A stretch of 64,000 nucleotides of DNA from Candidatus Latescibacterota bacterium. Lineage in GTDB: Bacteria; Latescibacterota; UBA2968; GCA-2709665. The notes under the pieces are model-generated. The model saw nothing but the letters and a program-made list of their open reading frames with translations, had not been told where the DNA came from and made no database searches. Positions 41,701 to 50,176 of this stretch are shown here, piece after piece. The first letter of the stretch is position 1. The number at the start of each line of letters is the position of its first letter. The stretch lies in contig CBDCOX010000002.1 of NCBI GenBank assembly GCA_965219995.1, forward strand, positions 1,216,001-1,280,000. Direction: 5' to 3'. The translations under genes and the position numbers were made by a program.

Positions 41701-42917
41701 ACGATGTGGTAAAGTCGATCGCGTTTTCCCCCGATAGCCGCGTTCTGGCATCCGGGTCCTGGGATCGGACCGCCAGACTGTGGGATCTCGCGAACAAGGA
41801 AACGATCGCCACGTTGAATGTCGGGCGCCTGGTTACAGTAGTGTTTTCGCCTGACGGACGCACGTTGACGACCGGTACCTGGCGCACGATGGTACACTGG
41901 GATGTCGCAACCCGTGAACGCGTCGCCTCCCTGGATGCACACAGGTCCTGGATCAGCTCGTTGGCGTATTCGCCGGACGGGACGATCCTGGTTTCCGGTT
42001 CCAGCGATGGTACGGTCATGTTACGTTATGTCGGAACGGGAAGCGCCGCCCGTTTCCCAGGGTTCATGGGCTTTCGCACAATGGGGATGTCACCCGATGG
42101 GCTGAAAGTCGCTGTTGGGACAGAGGATGGCACGATCTTGCAGTGGGATCTCGAAACCCGGTCCGCACACTCCACGCTGGAGTCTATACAGTCTATCGGT
42201 CCCGTACGTTCACTGGCATATTCGCCGGACGGCACCATTCTGGCTTCCAGCGCCAGTTCCAGCGGGGATGAGACTGTCATCTTGTGGGACACTGCGACAC
42301 AAGACGAGATCGCCACACTCCATCCGAAGCGGGGTGCTGTCTCTGCGATATCGTTTTCGCCCGATGGGTACATTCTAGCTTCGGGAATGGGCGACGGCTC
42401 GGTCAAGATGTTGGACTTGGGCACCCGGGAGGTGATCGCCTCGCTGGACGGGCACGCGAGAGAAATCACGTCGGTGGCAATTTCGCCAGACGGTAACACG
42501 TTGGCCTCAGCATCGTTTGACATGACGGTCAGGCTATGGGACGTGGCGGCCCGGAGTGAGATTGCCACACTAACGGGGCATGCGAACGCAGTTACCTCGA
42601 TCGCATTTTCGCCGGACGGAAGCATATTGGCTTCAGGAGCGTACGACAATAAGGTCAAGATCTGGGACGTGGAATCCCGGAAAGAGATCGCCACGCTTAG
42701 GCAATCCGGAGAGGTCCATTCAGTTGCCTTTTCTCCTGAAGGAACCACGCTGGCTGCGGGGCTAAATCGGAACATTACGCTGTGGGACCTGGCGACCCGT
42801 GTAGAGACCGCCACGCTTGAAGGACATTCGAGCAGCGTGAGTTCCCTGGTATTCTCGCCTGACGGATCTACGCTGATTCGGGCTCTTGGGACGGCACGAT
42901 GTTGTTGTGGAATATGA
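38784..42917 (+). CDS. Secreted zincin-motif / WD40-repeat / Ig-like protein; reading frame shifts near the 3' end
   Basis: Signal peptide; HELTHGFGLNWHD; about 20 VAFSPDG...WD repeats; Big_1-like insert ISGDGQQ...VEVRDQNGNP..VTFTV. Confidence 0.9.
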   Translation: MTRRSDHRLSTISALAACLLALLSPPCVISASSPPADSVHFCAVFDYEQWLRDNPLPAGKLAAERNVGPPRTVRLFYFLPNDRPFRQEVVDSMKTVIRLLQSFYAEQMQAHGYGDLTFRYETDAGGFPLVHRVDGDFPDGHYYDNTVGPVIREVQDLHDERDNVQFIVVDNDARGSIGLGGNRIGGAGGVAGPPKRSGYVMVPADFSYDTAAHELTHGFGLNWHDFRDRSYVLSYGSGRRRLSDCSAGFLAVNPFFNPNIPLDWSTGPEIERVSPSRYPAASKSVPVRIKAADPEGLQHVILQVLTTEISITRGSAEVKACLKLDGETETVVEFEYDGVVPSSTYSTLPDRPSHYLRFAAIDKDGDDSVTRFGIAQNSPYLTASLVGRSSYVSSVDISPDGATLAAGSGDSTVVLWDMDTHERIDVLGGHSKTVSSVAFSPDGSLLAAGTQDGTIMIWDIVTREAVPPVEKHSGYIADVAFSPDGKTLAAAGWWDDTVKLWDVATREVVATLQMPTHPVLSVSFSSDGNTLASSSGGAVLLWDMATRDEVATLEHSSEVRTVAFSPDGAMLAVSVPGAHSIVLWDVATRRKITSLQGGWAWVNSMAFSPDGSTLALGTTSGTAELFNVLAEKLEQAFPHTAGGVASVRFTPDGATLASASSDGIIELWNTSEWLRPRPFRLAMISGDGQQAAPGAPLESPFVVEVRDQNGNPLPDVPVTFTVTAGNGTLGKQFTVERAITDTGGRAKVFLTLGPVRGTNTVKVTLGGRELAVFHSEGVGSTVDLGERDFRSWHLPDGAFARLGKGRISGGDHAVDISSNGRFLAVTTDLGVWVHELASSLAMALLPTERAARSVSFTPDGKTLALGYGDKIALWDVETRRRIGTMDGKRLFLPIAVFSPDGTTLAAGSNDGTVHVWDMATQRSIAVLEGHTDNVKSVAFSPDGTMLASGSADQTIRLWDVNDRKEIATLQGHNDVVKSIAFSPDSRVLASGSWDRTARLWDLANKETIATLNVGRLVTVVFSPDGRTLTTGTWRTMVHWDVATRERVASLDAHRSWISSLAYSPDGTILVSGSSDGTVMLRYVGTGSAARFPGFMGFRTMGMSPDGLKVAVGTEDGTILQWDLETRSAHSTLESIQSIGPVRSLAYSPDGTILASSASSSGDETVILWDTATQDEIATLHPKRGAVSAISFSPDGYILASGMGDGSVKMLDLGTREVIASLDGHAREITSVAISPDGNTLASASFDMTVRLWDVAARSEIATLTGHANAVTSIAFSPDGSILASGAYDNKVKIWDVESRKEIATLRQSGEVHSVAFSPEGTTLAAGLNRNITLWDLATRVETATLEGHSSSVSSLVFSPDGSTLIRALGTARCCCGI

Positions 42918-43129
42918 TTCCCTATATCACGCAACCTGCGCCCGATCCGGATTTCGACGGCAACGGCGAGGTGGGGTTTTCCGACTTTGTGAAATTTGCA
43001 CGGAAGTTCGGACTGGATCGGCGAGATGCGGAATATGAGGCGCAGTACGATCTGGACAGAGACGGAGCCATTGGGTTTTCTGACTTTGTGATTTTCGCGG
43101 GCGCCTTTGGGACCGCGAAAGGAAGATAG
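42879..43129 (+). pseudogene. Out-of-frame C-terminus of the WD40 protein (last WD strand and dockerin-like tail)
   Basis: Adding one T at 42877-42878 restores DGSTLISGSWDGTMLLWNM...DFDGNGEVGFSDFVKFARKFG...DLDRDGAIGFSDFVIFAGAFG. Confidence 0.85.
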
Positions 43130-43189
43130 ACCCGCGGAGAGGCTATGAATGATGTTATTCTGGGGATGATTTGTGCGGAGGCTTGAACG

Positions 43190-44392
43190 ATGGCATCGAA
43201 ACGCGGGAAGCCGACGGTAACCGTCGGGCAGTCCGACGCGGATATCGTCGGCCGCGACAACAGGGCCCTTCAGGCTGCAGTGGACTACATCGCGGGTCTG
43301 GGCGGCGGGACCGTGGAAATCCGCCCCGGGACCTACACGATGCGCGACTCGCTGCATCTGCGGAAGCGGGTGACGATCCGCGGCCAGGGAGAGGAAACCG
43401 TCCTGCTGAAAGCCGGCGCCGTGGAGAGTCCGCTGGTGCTGGACGGCGACTACGGCGAAGAGCAGATCACGGTTGCCGACCCATCGGGATTCGCGCCGGG
43501 TGCGGGCGTCAGCGTCACGGACGACGCCTCGGGCGGATTCCACACCGTCGTCTGTACCTTGATCCGGGCGGATGGAGACACGTTCGGCGTGAATAAACCC
43601 ATGCTTGGCGACTACCTCGTGTCACGCAACGCCCGGGCGGCAACCACGTTTCCGGTGGTCAGCGGCTATGGCGTCGAGGGGGCGGCGATCGAAGACCTGA
43701 CGATCCACGGAAACAAGGAAAACAACCCCTATCTCAATGGGTGCAGGGGCGCGGGCATCTTCCTGTACCGCAGCCACGGCACGAGGATAACCGCCTGCAC
43801 AATTGAAGACTACAACGGCGACGGGATCAGCTTTCAGCAGAGCAACGGTGTGACCGTGGAAGATTGCGCCTGCACCGGAAACACCCACCTTGGCCTTCAT
43901 CCCGGCAGCGGCAGCGGCTCGCCCGCCATCCGCAATTGCCGGTCGGTCGGGAACGGCCGCATCGGCCTCTTTCTCTGCTGGCGGGTCAAGAACGGAATCT
44001 TCGAAAACAATCGCCTCAATGACAACGGCGAGACCGGGATATCCATCGGCCACAAGGATACCGACAATAACTTTTTTAACAACGAGGTCAACGGAAACGG
44101 ACGGGAAGGCGTACTGTTCCGCGACGAATCCGAGCCCATGGCCGGGCATCGGAATTATTTCGAGAACAACCGGATCCTGGACAACGGGACCGGACCCGAC
44201 GGCTGCGGCATCCGCATCCTGGGGGAGACCCGCGACTTGACCTTCGTCAACAACCGCATTGGCAATTCGCCGAGTGGCGAACAGCGAACCGGCATCTTCA
44301 TCGGATCGAAATCAGACCGCATCGATCTCAGGGACAACGACTTATCCGGAAACCTTGATCGGGAGATCGAAGACTGCCGGGAGGGGACATAA
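43190..44392 (+). CDS. Right-handed parallel beta-helix protein (pectate-lyase-like fold)
   Basis: ALQAAVD...GGGTVEIRPGTY and repeated I..N....N...GI units; no signal peptide. Confidence 0.85.
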   Translation: MASKRGKPTVTVGQSDADIVGRDNRALQAAVDYIAGLGGGTVEIRPGTYTMRDSLHLRKRVTIRGQGEETVLLKAGAVESPLVLDGDYGEEQITVADPSGFAPGAGVSVTDDASGGFHTVVCTLIRADGDTFGVNKPMLGDYLVSRNARAATTFPVVSGYGVEGAAIEDLTIHGNKENNPYLNGCRGAGIFLYRSHGTRITACTIEDYNGDGISFQQSNGVTVEDCACTGNTHLGLHPGSGSGSPAIRNCRSVGNGRIGLFLCWRVKNGIFENNRLNDNGETGISIGHKDTDNNFFNNEVNGNGREGVLFRDESEPMAGHRNYFENNRILDNGTGPDGCGIRILGETRDLTFVNNRIGNSPSGEQRTGIFIGSKSDRIDLRDNDLSGNLDREIEDCREGT

Positions 44393-44520
44393 AACCGGAA
44401 ACCGGATCAGAATCGACTGAGATTGATCCGGATTGAAGGCCGATTAGAAACCGGGAAAAGACTTTAAGGGGCCGATTATAGTGAGATGATTTACGTGACG
44501 CGGAACATCGACGGAATAGA

Positions 44521-44559
44521 TATGCCATTTTTGCATATTTATGCCAAAATGGCATAAAT
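44521..44559. promoter_or_regulatory. Tandem palindromic operator-like sites
   Basis: TATGCCA-TTT-TTGCATA (44521-44537) and TATGCCA-AAA-TGGCATA (44540-44556). Confidence 0.55.
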
Positions 44560-44746
44560 GGTGGGTGGTCGAACATAGTGGTCGGCCGGCAGTTCGATAT
44601 GGATCCAGGAACTCGCCCAGATTTGCCGTTGGCCAATCCTCCTGCGTCAACGAGACGTTATAATTGTCTGGAAGGCCATATGAATCGCGGTTCGTTTCGA
44701 TCCAGACACGCAGAACTGCAATTATTGACTTCGTGAGGACAAGAAT

Positions 44747-45271
44747 ATGACAGTTCGAATGGCGGTCATCATCGCACTTGTGGCGATTGCTCCGGAGGTT
44801 TGGGCGGAGACGGAAAACCTTTCCAGGACAAAAGGTTCGATAGAAGAATTCAGAATCTACACGAAATGCCTGGGTGTCATTCTCGTGGTTGAGCATCTGT
44901 CGGACGACGCAAGAAAAATTGGACTTAGACGGGAGGAGATTGTCGATGCCGTCGAATCCAGGTTGCGCGCCGCCGGCCTGTATCAATCCGGTTATTTCGG
45001 GTTCCCCGAGGGATCCGTCGTTTTCTTCCCGCACCTGTATGTGGACGTCAATGTGAAAGGAAACGCGTTCAGCGTTCTCGTTGAATTGAAAAAGTGGGTC
45101 AACGAACCCCTTTCCGGGCAGCTGAACTTCGCGCAAACCTGGCGGAGAGGGACGCTCGGGACCCAGGGGTCAGGTTACCCCTCCATTATGTCTACCGTGC
45201 GCAGCCTGACGGATCAGTTTGTCGACGAATGGAACAAGGTGAACAAGCCGGACGGGAAGTGCGTGGATTAG
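44747..45271 (+). CDS. Secreted hypothetical protein (174 aa)
   Basis: RBS GAGGA; signal peptide ending VWA; one Cys near each end of the mature chain. Confidence 0.75.
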   Translation: MTVRMAVIIALVAIAPEVWAETENLSRTKGSIEEFRIYTKCLGVILVVEHLSDDARKIGLRREEIVDAVESRLRAAGLYQSGYFGFPEGSVVFFPHLYVDVNVKGNAFSVLVELKKWVNEPLSGQLNFAQTWRRGTLGTQGSGYPSIMSTVRSLTDQFVDEWNKVNKPDGKCVD

Positions 45272-45344
45272 AACCGTCCGTTAAACGGAGGCAAGTCCTT
45301 GACAACGCCAACTTTGATTCACCGATAATAGGGAATCAGTCGTA

Positions 45345-46019
45345 ATGACTATTGCTTTTCTGGCGTTCGTGATTCTTGCAGCGTTTGGTTTGTCACTTCT
45401 TGTTGTTCCATTGTATACCTGGCGATTTTATAAGGGATATTCTGCTAATCCTCAACAGAAATATCGAACGTTCTGGCCTCGATTCTGGGCAAGTCTTACT
45501 GATGGAGTCGTGCTCTTACCAGTTACGTTGATTTTACAATACTATGTCACTCTCGAGGCTTCATTTTGGGAGGATATGCGTTGGTTGTTCGTGATTGTCC
45601 TGATTGTGAATACTGCCTATTGGTGGGCTTATACGATTTATATGCATGGTCGATTCGGACAAACTGTTGGGAAGCGCTCGACATTCGTTAGAGTTGTTGA
45701 TGTTAAAACTGAGGAGCCGATAACTTTCAAACAAGCCTTGATCCGAGACAGCATCCCACTGGTCATTTTGGGTCCCCTACTCATCTTAGAATCATATCGA
45801 TTTTTAATGGGATTACCTATTGGTGAGTTGCTAATTGGTACTGATTCTGGCGATTTACCAACATCACGTGAGATGTGGACGTCTTTCGTTGTAGTGGCCT
45901 GGTGGTTCGCCGAGATTGTAACGATGCTCACGAACGAAAAACGACGGGCCGTACATGACTTTATTGCGGGGACGGTTGTGGTAAGGACGAATGTTGAGGA
46001 ACCAATGGAGCCAGAATAG
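45345..46019 (+). CDS. RDD family membrane protein
   Basis: FWPRFWASLTD, GQTVGK...VRVV, RRAVHDFIAGTVVV; visibly lower GC than flanks. Confidence 0.9.
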   Translation: MTIAFLAFVILAAFGLSLLVVPLYTWRFYKGYSANPQQKYRTFWPRFWASLTDGVVLLPVTLILQYYVTLEASFWEDMRWLFVIVLIVNTAYWWAYTIYMHGRFGQTVGKRSTFVRVVDVKTEEPITFKQALIRDSIPLVILGPLLILESYRFLMGLPIGELLIGTDSGDLPTSREMWTSFVVVAWWFAEIVTMLTNEKRRAVHDFIAGTVVVRTNVEEPMEPE

Positions 46020-46178
46020 CGTGGCCGCACACCAAAACGCAACCGGATACAAAGTCCGACACGTCAATTAGGACCCGGTGGCGTGATGAGGCCGACCCCG
46101 CAATGGACGCATATAGGCGATCATTACAACCTACCCAGCGTATTTTTATCGATTTAATTATAGGGGAATGAATACATA

Positions 46179-47318
46179 ATGAATTTCCGATTTTTCTATA
46201 TCGCCTGTCTTGTCTCACTGTCGGTCGCCTGCTCCAAGACCCAGGACCCGATCTCCAACGATACGATAACAATCGGATTCCTGGTCTCCGGCGATCGTTA
46301 CTCGTATGCAGACGCGGCCCGGTTGGCTGTAGACGAGATCAACGCCAACGGCGGTCTGCTCGACAGGACAGTCGAACTGGTACCACGAATCAATATCGAG
46401 GAGGCGTCCGCAGCCGTCCAGGCCGCTCAGCAGATGGTCCAGGATGATGGGGCCTTTGCGATCCTCGGCCCAAACCGGTCAACCCACGCGGTTCAGGTTG
46501 GGCCGGCTGCTCAGCGGGCGCAGATCCCGATGATCACGACCTCGGCCACGAACCCGAACGTGACGCAGGCGGGTGACTTCGTATTCATGGCAGCTTTTAC
46601 CGATCAGTTCCAGGGCGCGGTTCTCGCCCGTTTTGCGCGGGAAGATCTGGGTAAGTCCGCGGCCGCGGTCCTGACTCTGGAGGGTGATTTATACACTGAA
46701 GGTATTTCGATGTTCTTTGTCTCCCATTTCACAGAGCTCGGCGGGACGGTCGTCGCAAACGAGGTTTATTCTGCCGGCGATACAGCATTCACAGAACAGC
46801 TTGGCCGGATCGCCGACACGAGGCCTGATGTGTTCTTCATTTCGGGACTGGTATCAGATATGACCTATGTGGTTCGTGAAACAGCGTCTTTCCCTGTACT
46901 GAACGCCCAGGGCGCACCCGTGACCCTCCTCGGCGCGGACGCGTGGGACAATCCTTTGTTCTTGAATGAAGTAACAGCAGAGGTCGAAGGGAGTTACTTC
47001 AGCGGACACTTTTCCGCGGAGTCAACGGAACCCGGTGCGAGGATGTTCGTAGAGGCGTACCAGGCCGCGTACCATCGCACCCCCAGCGGTGGGGATGCGG
47101 TCAGCTATGACGCTGTACGAGTGCTCTCTGAGGCAGTGGAACGGGCCAGAAGTCTTGAGGGTGAGGCAATCCGAAACCAGCTGGCGGCAACGCGGGATTA
47201 CCGGGGAGCGACTCAGATCGCGCGGTACAATGAAAACCGACATCCAACCAAGAGTGCGGTGATATTAACGATTCGGGATGGGGAGAGAAGGTTCTTCAAG
47301 GAGGTCGGGGCGGATTGA
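46179..47318 (+). CDS. LivJ/LivK-type ABC substrate-binding lipoprotein (orphan)
   Basis: Lipobox SVAC; LAVDEINANGGLL, SATNPNVT..GDFVF...FTDQFQG, SYDAV. Confidence 0.9.
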   Translation: MNFRFFYIACLVSLSVACSKTQDPISNDTITIGFLVSGDRYSYADAARLAVDEINANGGLLDRTVELVPRINIEEASAAVQAAQQMVQDDGAFAILGPNRSTHAVQVGPAAQRAQIPMITTSATNPNVTQAGDFVFMAAFTDQFQGAVLARFAREDLGKSAAAVLTLEGDLYTEGISMFFVSHFTELGGTVVANEVYSAGDTAFTEQLGRIADTRPDVFFISGLVSDMTYVVRETASFPVLNAQGAPVTLLGADAWDNPLFLNEVTAEVEGSYFSGHFSAESTEPGARMFVEAYQAAYHRTPSGGDAVSYDAVRVLSEAVERARSLEGEAIRNQLAATRDYRGATQIARYNENRHPTKSAVILTIRDGERRFFKEVGAD

Positions 47319-47353
47319 GCGTGTAGAGAGACCGGGATAAGGCAACAACCGAA

Positions 47354-47391
47354 CGGGCGCCATCGTCGCGGATGATGGCGCCCGGTTTTTT
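47354..47391 (+). terminator. Intrinsic terminator after the substrate-binding gene
   Basis: CGGGCGCCATCGTC-GCG-GATGATGGCGCCCG followed by GTTTTTT. Confidence 0.85.
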
Positions 47392-47839
47392 GTCACCGGA
47401 TCGTAGGCAACGGAGTTGCTCGACAATGCGCTCAGCTGCACACGAAACTTGATTTGCGTGAATTGAGTGGGGGAGATTCAGACCTGAGATCGGACGGGTC
47501 AACGACCGGCAAGCGACATTTGTTGGGGACAACGCCCTTTTTCAACAAAAAATCAACAAATTCAGCGGAAATTTCAACATTAGTTCAATAAATATTCGTT
47601 ATATTTCGTACCATCAGACAAACGATGTATCGAATCTCGGGGACATTATTTGCGGTCCGTTAAGGACCAGACCGAGATTGTCGTTTTTCACCCTCGATCA
47701 TTATTGTTGTCGGGCCATGAATGGCCAGTATGAATCTCTGATCCCGGCGAAACGCCATCGAATGCTACCGATCACGCCAGTAAATCACACCGGGATTTCA
47801 CTCATTTGCGTTGACACGTTTCTGGTGAAGGAGGGATAA

Positions 47840-48161
47840 ATGAAGAAACTCATCGTAGTTACATTACTCGCCGCTACTGGGGTTTGTGGAACATCGCATG
47901 CAAAGTCAATTGAAGACGAGATTCGTCAATCGGCCGCTCGTGAATATCCTAACGATGTGAGGATGCAGGAATTATGTGTACAATAAACAGATGGATGCGT
48001 ATCGGTACATGTTGACTGCAAGAGACTAGGGTTTTAAACAAACCGCTGTTCCAGAGTACCCGAAGGACTACTCAATGCAGAAATTAACATACGATAACTC
48101 CCGGCACCCTTTACCGGGTGCCGACGCTGTTCATGATATTTCTCTCGGGAGGGTGATATGA
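47840..48161 (+). pseudogene. Decayed secreted repeat-protein gene (EYPxDxxMQ repeats)
   Basis: RBS AAGGAGG, MKKLIVVTLLAA signal, REYPNDVRMQ; frameshift near 47968; then NYVYNKQMDAYRYM, TAG at 48027, EYPKDYSMQKLTYD. Confidence 0.7.
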
Positions 48162-50137
48162 GACATCTTGCCAGATCTTTCTCCAACATGATTTTTACCT
48201 TAGCTTTTCTACTATCCAATACGGGCTGGGTCTGTGCACAATCGTATAATGTTGTTCAGAAGAAGGGAGAGATTTATCCAATTGCAGGGACCGGTGCGGC
48301 ATCCTATACGGGCGATGGTAACTCTGCCTTATTTGCTGGTTTCAACACTCCTACAGGGATAGCCATTGATGGTGATGGGAATCTTTACATAGCTGATTCT
48401 AAAAACCATGTTATTCGAAGGATTGAAGCAGAGACGGGTGTCATATCCACCATAGCGGGAACAGGAATACAGGGATTCTCGTCAGACGGAGGCACTGCCA
48501 CCGAAACGCAACTCGACCTTCCCACGTATATTGGTGTTTCCAAAAGAGGAGATCTCTACATTTCTGACACTGGAAACCACCGACTTCGAAAGGTTTTGCC
48601 CTCTGGCGTTATGTCTACTGTACATGGAAATCCAGATCTTATACCAGGACAGATTGCCATTGATGATCTCACTGGAATGGTTTACTTCACGGACCGTGGG
48701 TCCAGTACAAGAAAAGACAATCTCCACATAATCTCCTCTATTTTGAGAATCTTTCCATCAGGAGACGTCACAACCTTCTTGGAGACCCCAACAAACTATA
48801 GTTCGACTCTCTTTTATAATGACATTGATAGAGACGCCCTGGGGAACGTCTTCTTGTTATACGGATGGGGCTTTTCCGACGAAATCGCGCGTTTTAATGG
48901 AAGATCAGGTACCAAAGACAGTATATTTTGTCGAAGTGCTCGGCACAGAACTATCGAAGCATTCGCTCTTTCCGAACCGGATGTCTATTATGCGGAAGAA
49001 AATTTCAGTAGATCTCTCCCTTCAACTGTAATCCGGTACGGCAAGATAGACAAAGGATCTGGATTTCAGGACTTTGGCATTGACACAATCGGTACATATA
49101 CAGGCGAGGTTTCCGACCTCGCCATCGACAAAGAAGGCAACGTCATCTTTGCCAATAAAGCCGACAACAAAATTTATCGCATCACCAACCGTAAAGGATT
49201 TGAACCCGACATCGAATTTCCAAAGACATTTTCGATGGGCGAACTCGTCATGGGTTCCACGAAGACGAAATCACTGCGACTGTCCAACATTGGAAATATG
49301 AGACTCTCCATCCTCAACATCTCATCCCAAATCCCCAGTTTGGCCATACAACCCAAGTCGGCAGACATCGAAAGCGGGGACAGTGCCTCTGTCTCTCTTA
49401 CAATTGAACCGGAAAGATCTGGGGAAATCACGGGTGCAATTACGGTTTTGAACACGGACCCGGATCAGGCCAACGTATCTATACCTCTCCTGGCGACAGC
49501 TTTTACAGCCAGAATCGATTTGGACTTGGAGAGGGGGCCCGAGAATCAAAACAACCATAGGCTTAAAGGAGTCACAGCAGGAGATACCATCACCGTCCAG
49601 ATCTTTGGTTCTGACATGCCAACACTTGCAGGATTTCAGGTCTCGTTACAATACGACACTGCGTTCATCTCCGCAGAGTCATTAGCTTTTGAGAACGGCA
49701 CACTGATACCAAACGCCCTTACGGTCATAACCCATACCGAAGCGTCCGTTACGGCCAGTGCAGCAGCACCTGGAGAAGTATCTTCCCAAAACAGAACAGA
49801 TCTAATGGGAACACTTAACTTTGTCATCCTCGACAACTTCTCGCAGCCCGACAGCACTTCCATAGACCTTACCGATGCAACCCTTTCTCTCAATGACGGA
49901 ACATTGGTCGAGGTTGAAAGACAAGGCTCAATATCGCTGAGTTCGGAATCTCAACTGACAGGCGACTTTGACGGCGACTCATCGGTCGGTTTTTCTGACT
50001 TTTTGAAATTCGCACAAGTCTTTGGGAAACGATCAGCCGATGCTGATTACGATGCCAAGTTCGACCTGAACGACGATGGTATGATAGGCTTTTCCGACTT
50101 CCTCATATTTGCAGCATCCTTCGGTAGCACAGGGTAA
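48158..50137 (+). CDS. Secreted NHL-repeat / Ig-like / cohesin-like / dockerin-like protein
   Basis: IAGTG...FNTPTGIAIDGDGNLYIAD (NHL); LSNIG..LSI...NTDPD (Ig/ASH-like); GDTITVQI...GFQVSLQYD...GTLNF (cohesin-like); GDFDGDSSVGFSDFLKFAQVFG...DLNDDGMIGFSDFLIFAASFG; lower GC. Confidence 0.85.
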   Translation: MRHLARSFSNMIFTLAFLLSNTGWVCAQSYNVVQKKGEIYPIAGTGAASYTGDGNSALFAGFNTPTGIAIDGDGNLYIADSKNHVIRRIEAETGVISTIAGTGIQGFSSDGGTATETQLDLPTYIGVSKRGDLYISDTGNHRLRKVLPSGVMSTVHGNPDLIPGQIAIDDLTGMVYFTDRGSSTRKDNLHIISSILRIFPSGDVTTFLETPTNYSSTLFYNDIDRDALGNVFLLYGWGFSDEIARFNGRSGTKDSIFCRSARHRTIEAFALSEPDVYYAEENFSRSLPSTVIRYGKIDKGSGFQDFGIDTIGTYTGEVSDLAIDKEGNVIFANKADNKIYRITNRKGFEPDIEFPKTFSMGELVMGSTKTKSLRLSNIGNMRLSILNISSQIPSLAIQPKSADIESGDSASVSLTIEPERSGEITGAITVLNTDPDQANVSIPLLATAFTARIDLDLERGPENQNNHRLKGVTAGDTITVQIFGSDMPTLAGFQVSLQYDTAFISAESLAFENGTLIPNALTVITHTEASVTASAAAPGEVSSQNRTDLMGTLNFVILDNFSQPDSTSIDLTDATLSLNDGTLVEVERQGSISLSSESQLTGDFDGDSSVGFSDFLKFAQVFGKRSADADYDAKFDLNDDGMIGFSDFLIFAASFGSTG

Positions 50138-50176
50138 ACCTCAGACACCAAAGGGGATATGTTTCAGGAGGGTACA

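Noticed and set aside
39950-42900. Periodic nucleotide repeats (TTTTCxCCxGAxGG, TGTGGGA) that might suggest a CRISPR array
   Set aside because: They are in-frame WD40 codons (FSPDG, LWD), degenerate at wobble positions; no cas genes
45299-45329. TTGACA...GATAAT promoter for the RDD gene
   Set aside because: Spacer is 19 bp, too long for a confident call
48027-48029. In-frame TAG as pyrrolysine or readthrough
   Set aside because: The same gene also has a frameshift, and TAG ends many normal genes in this window
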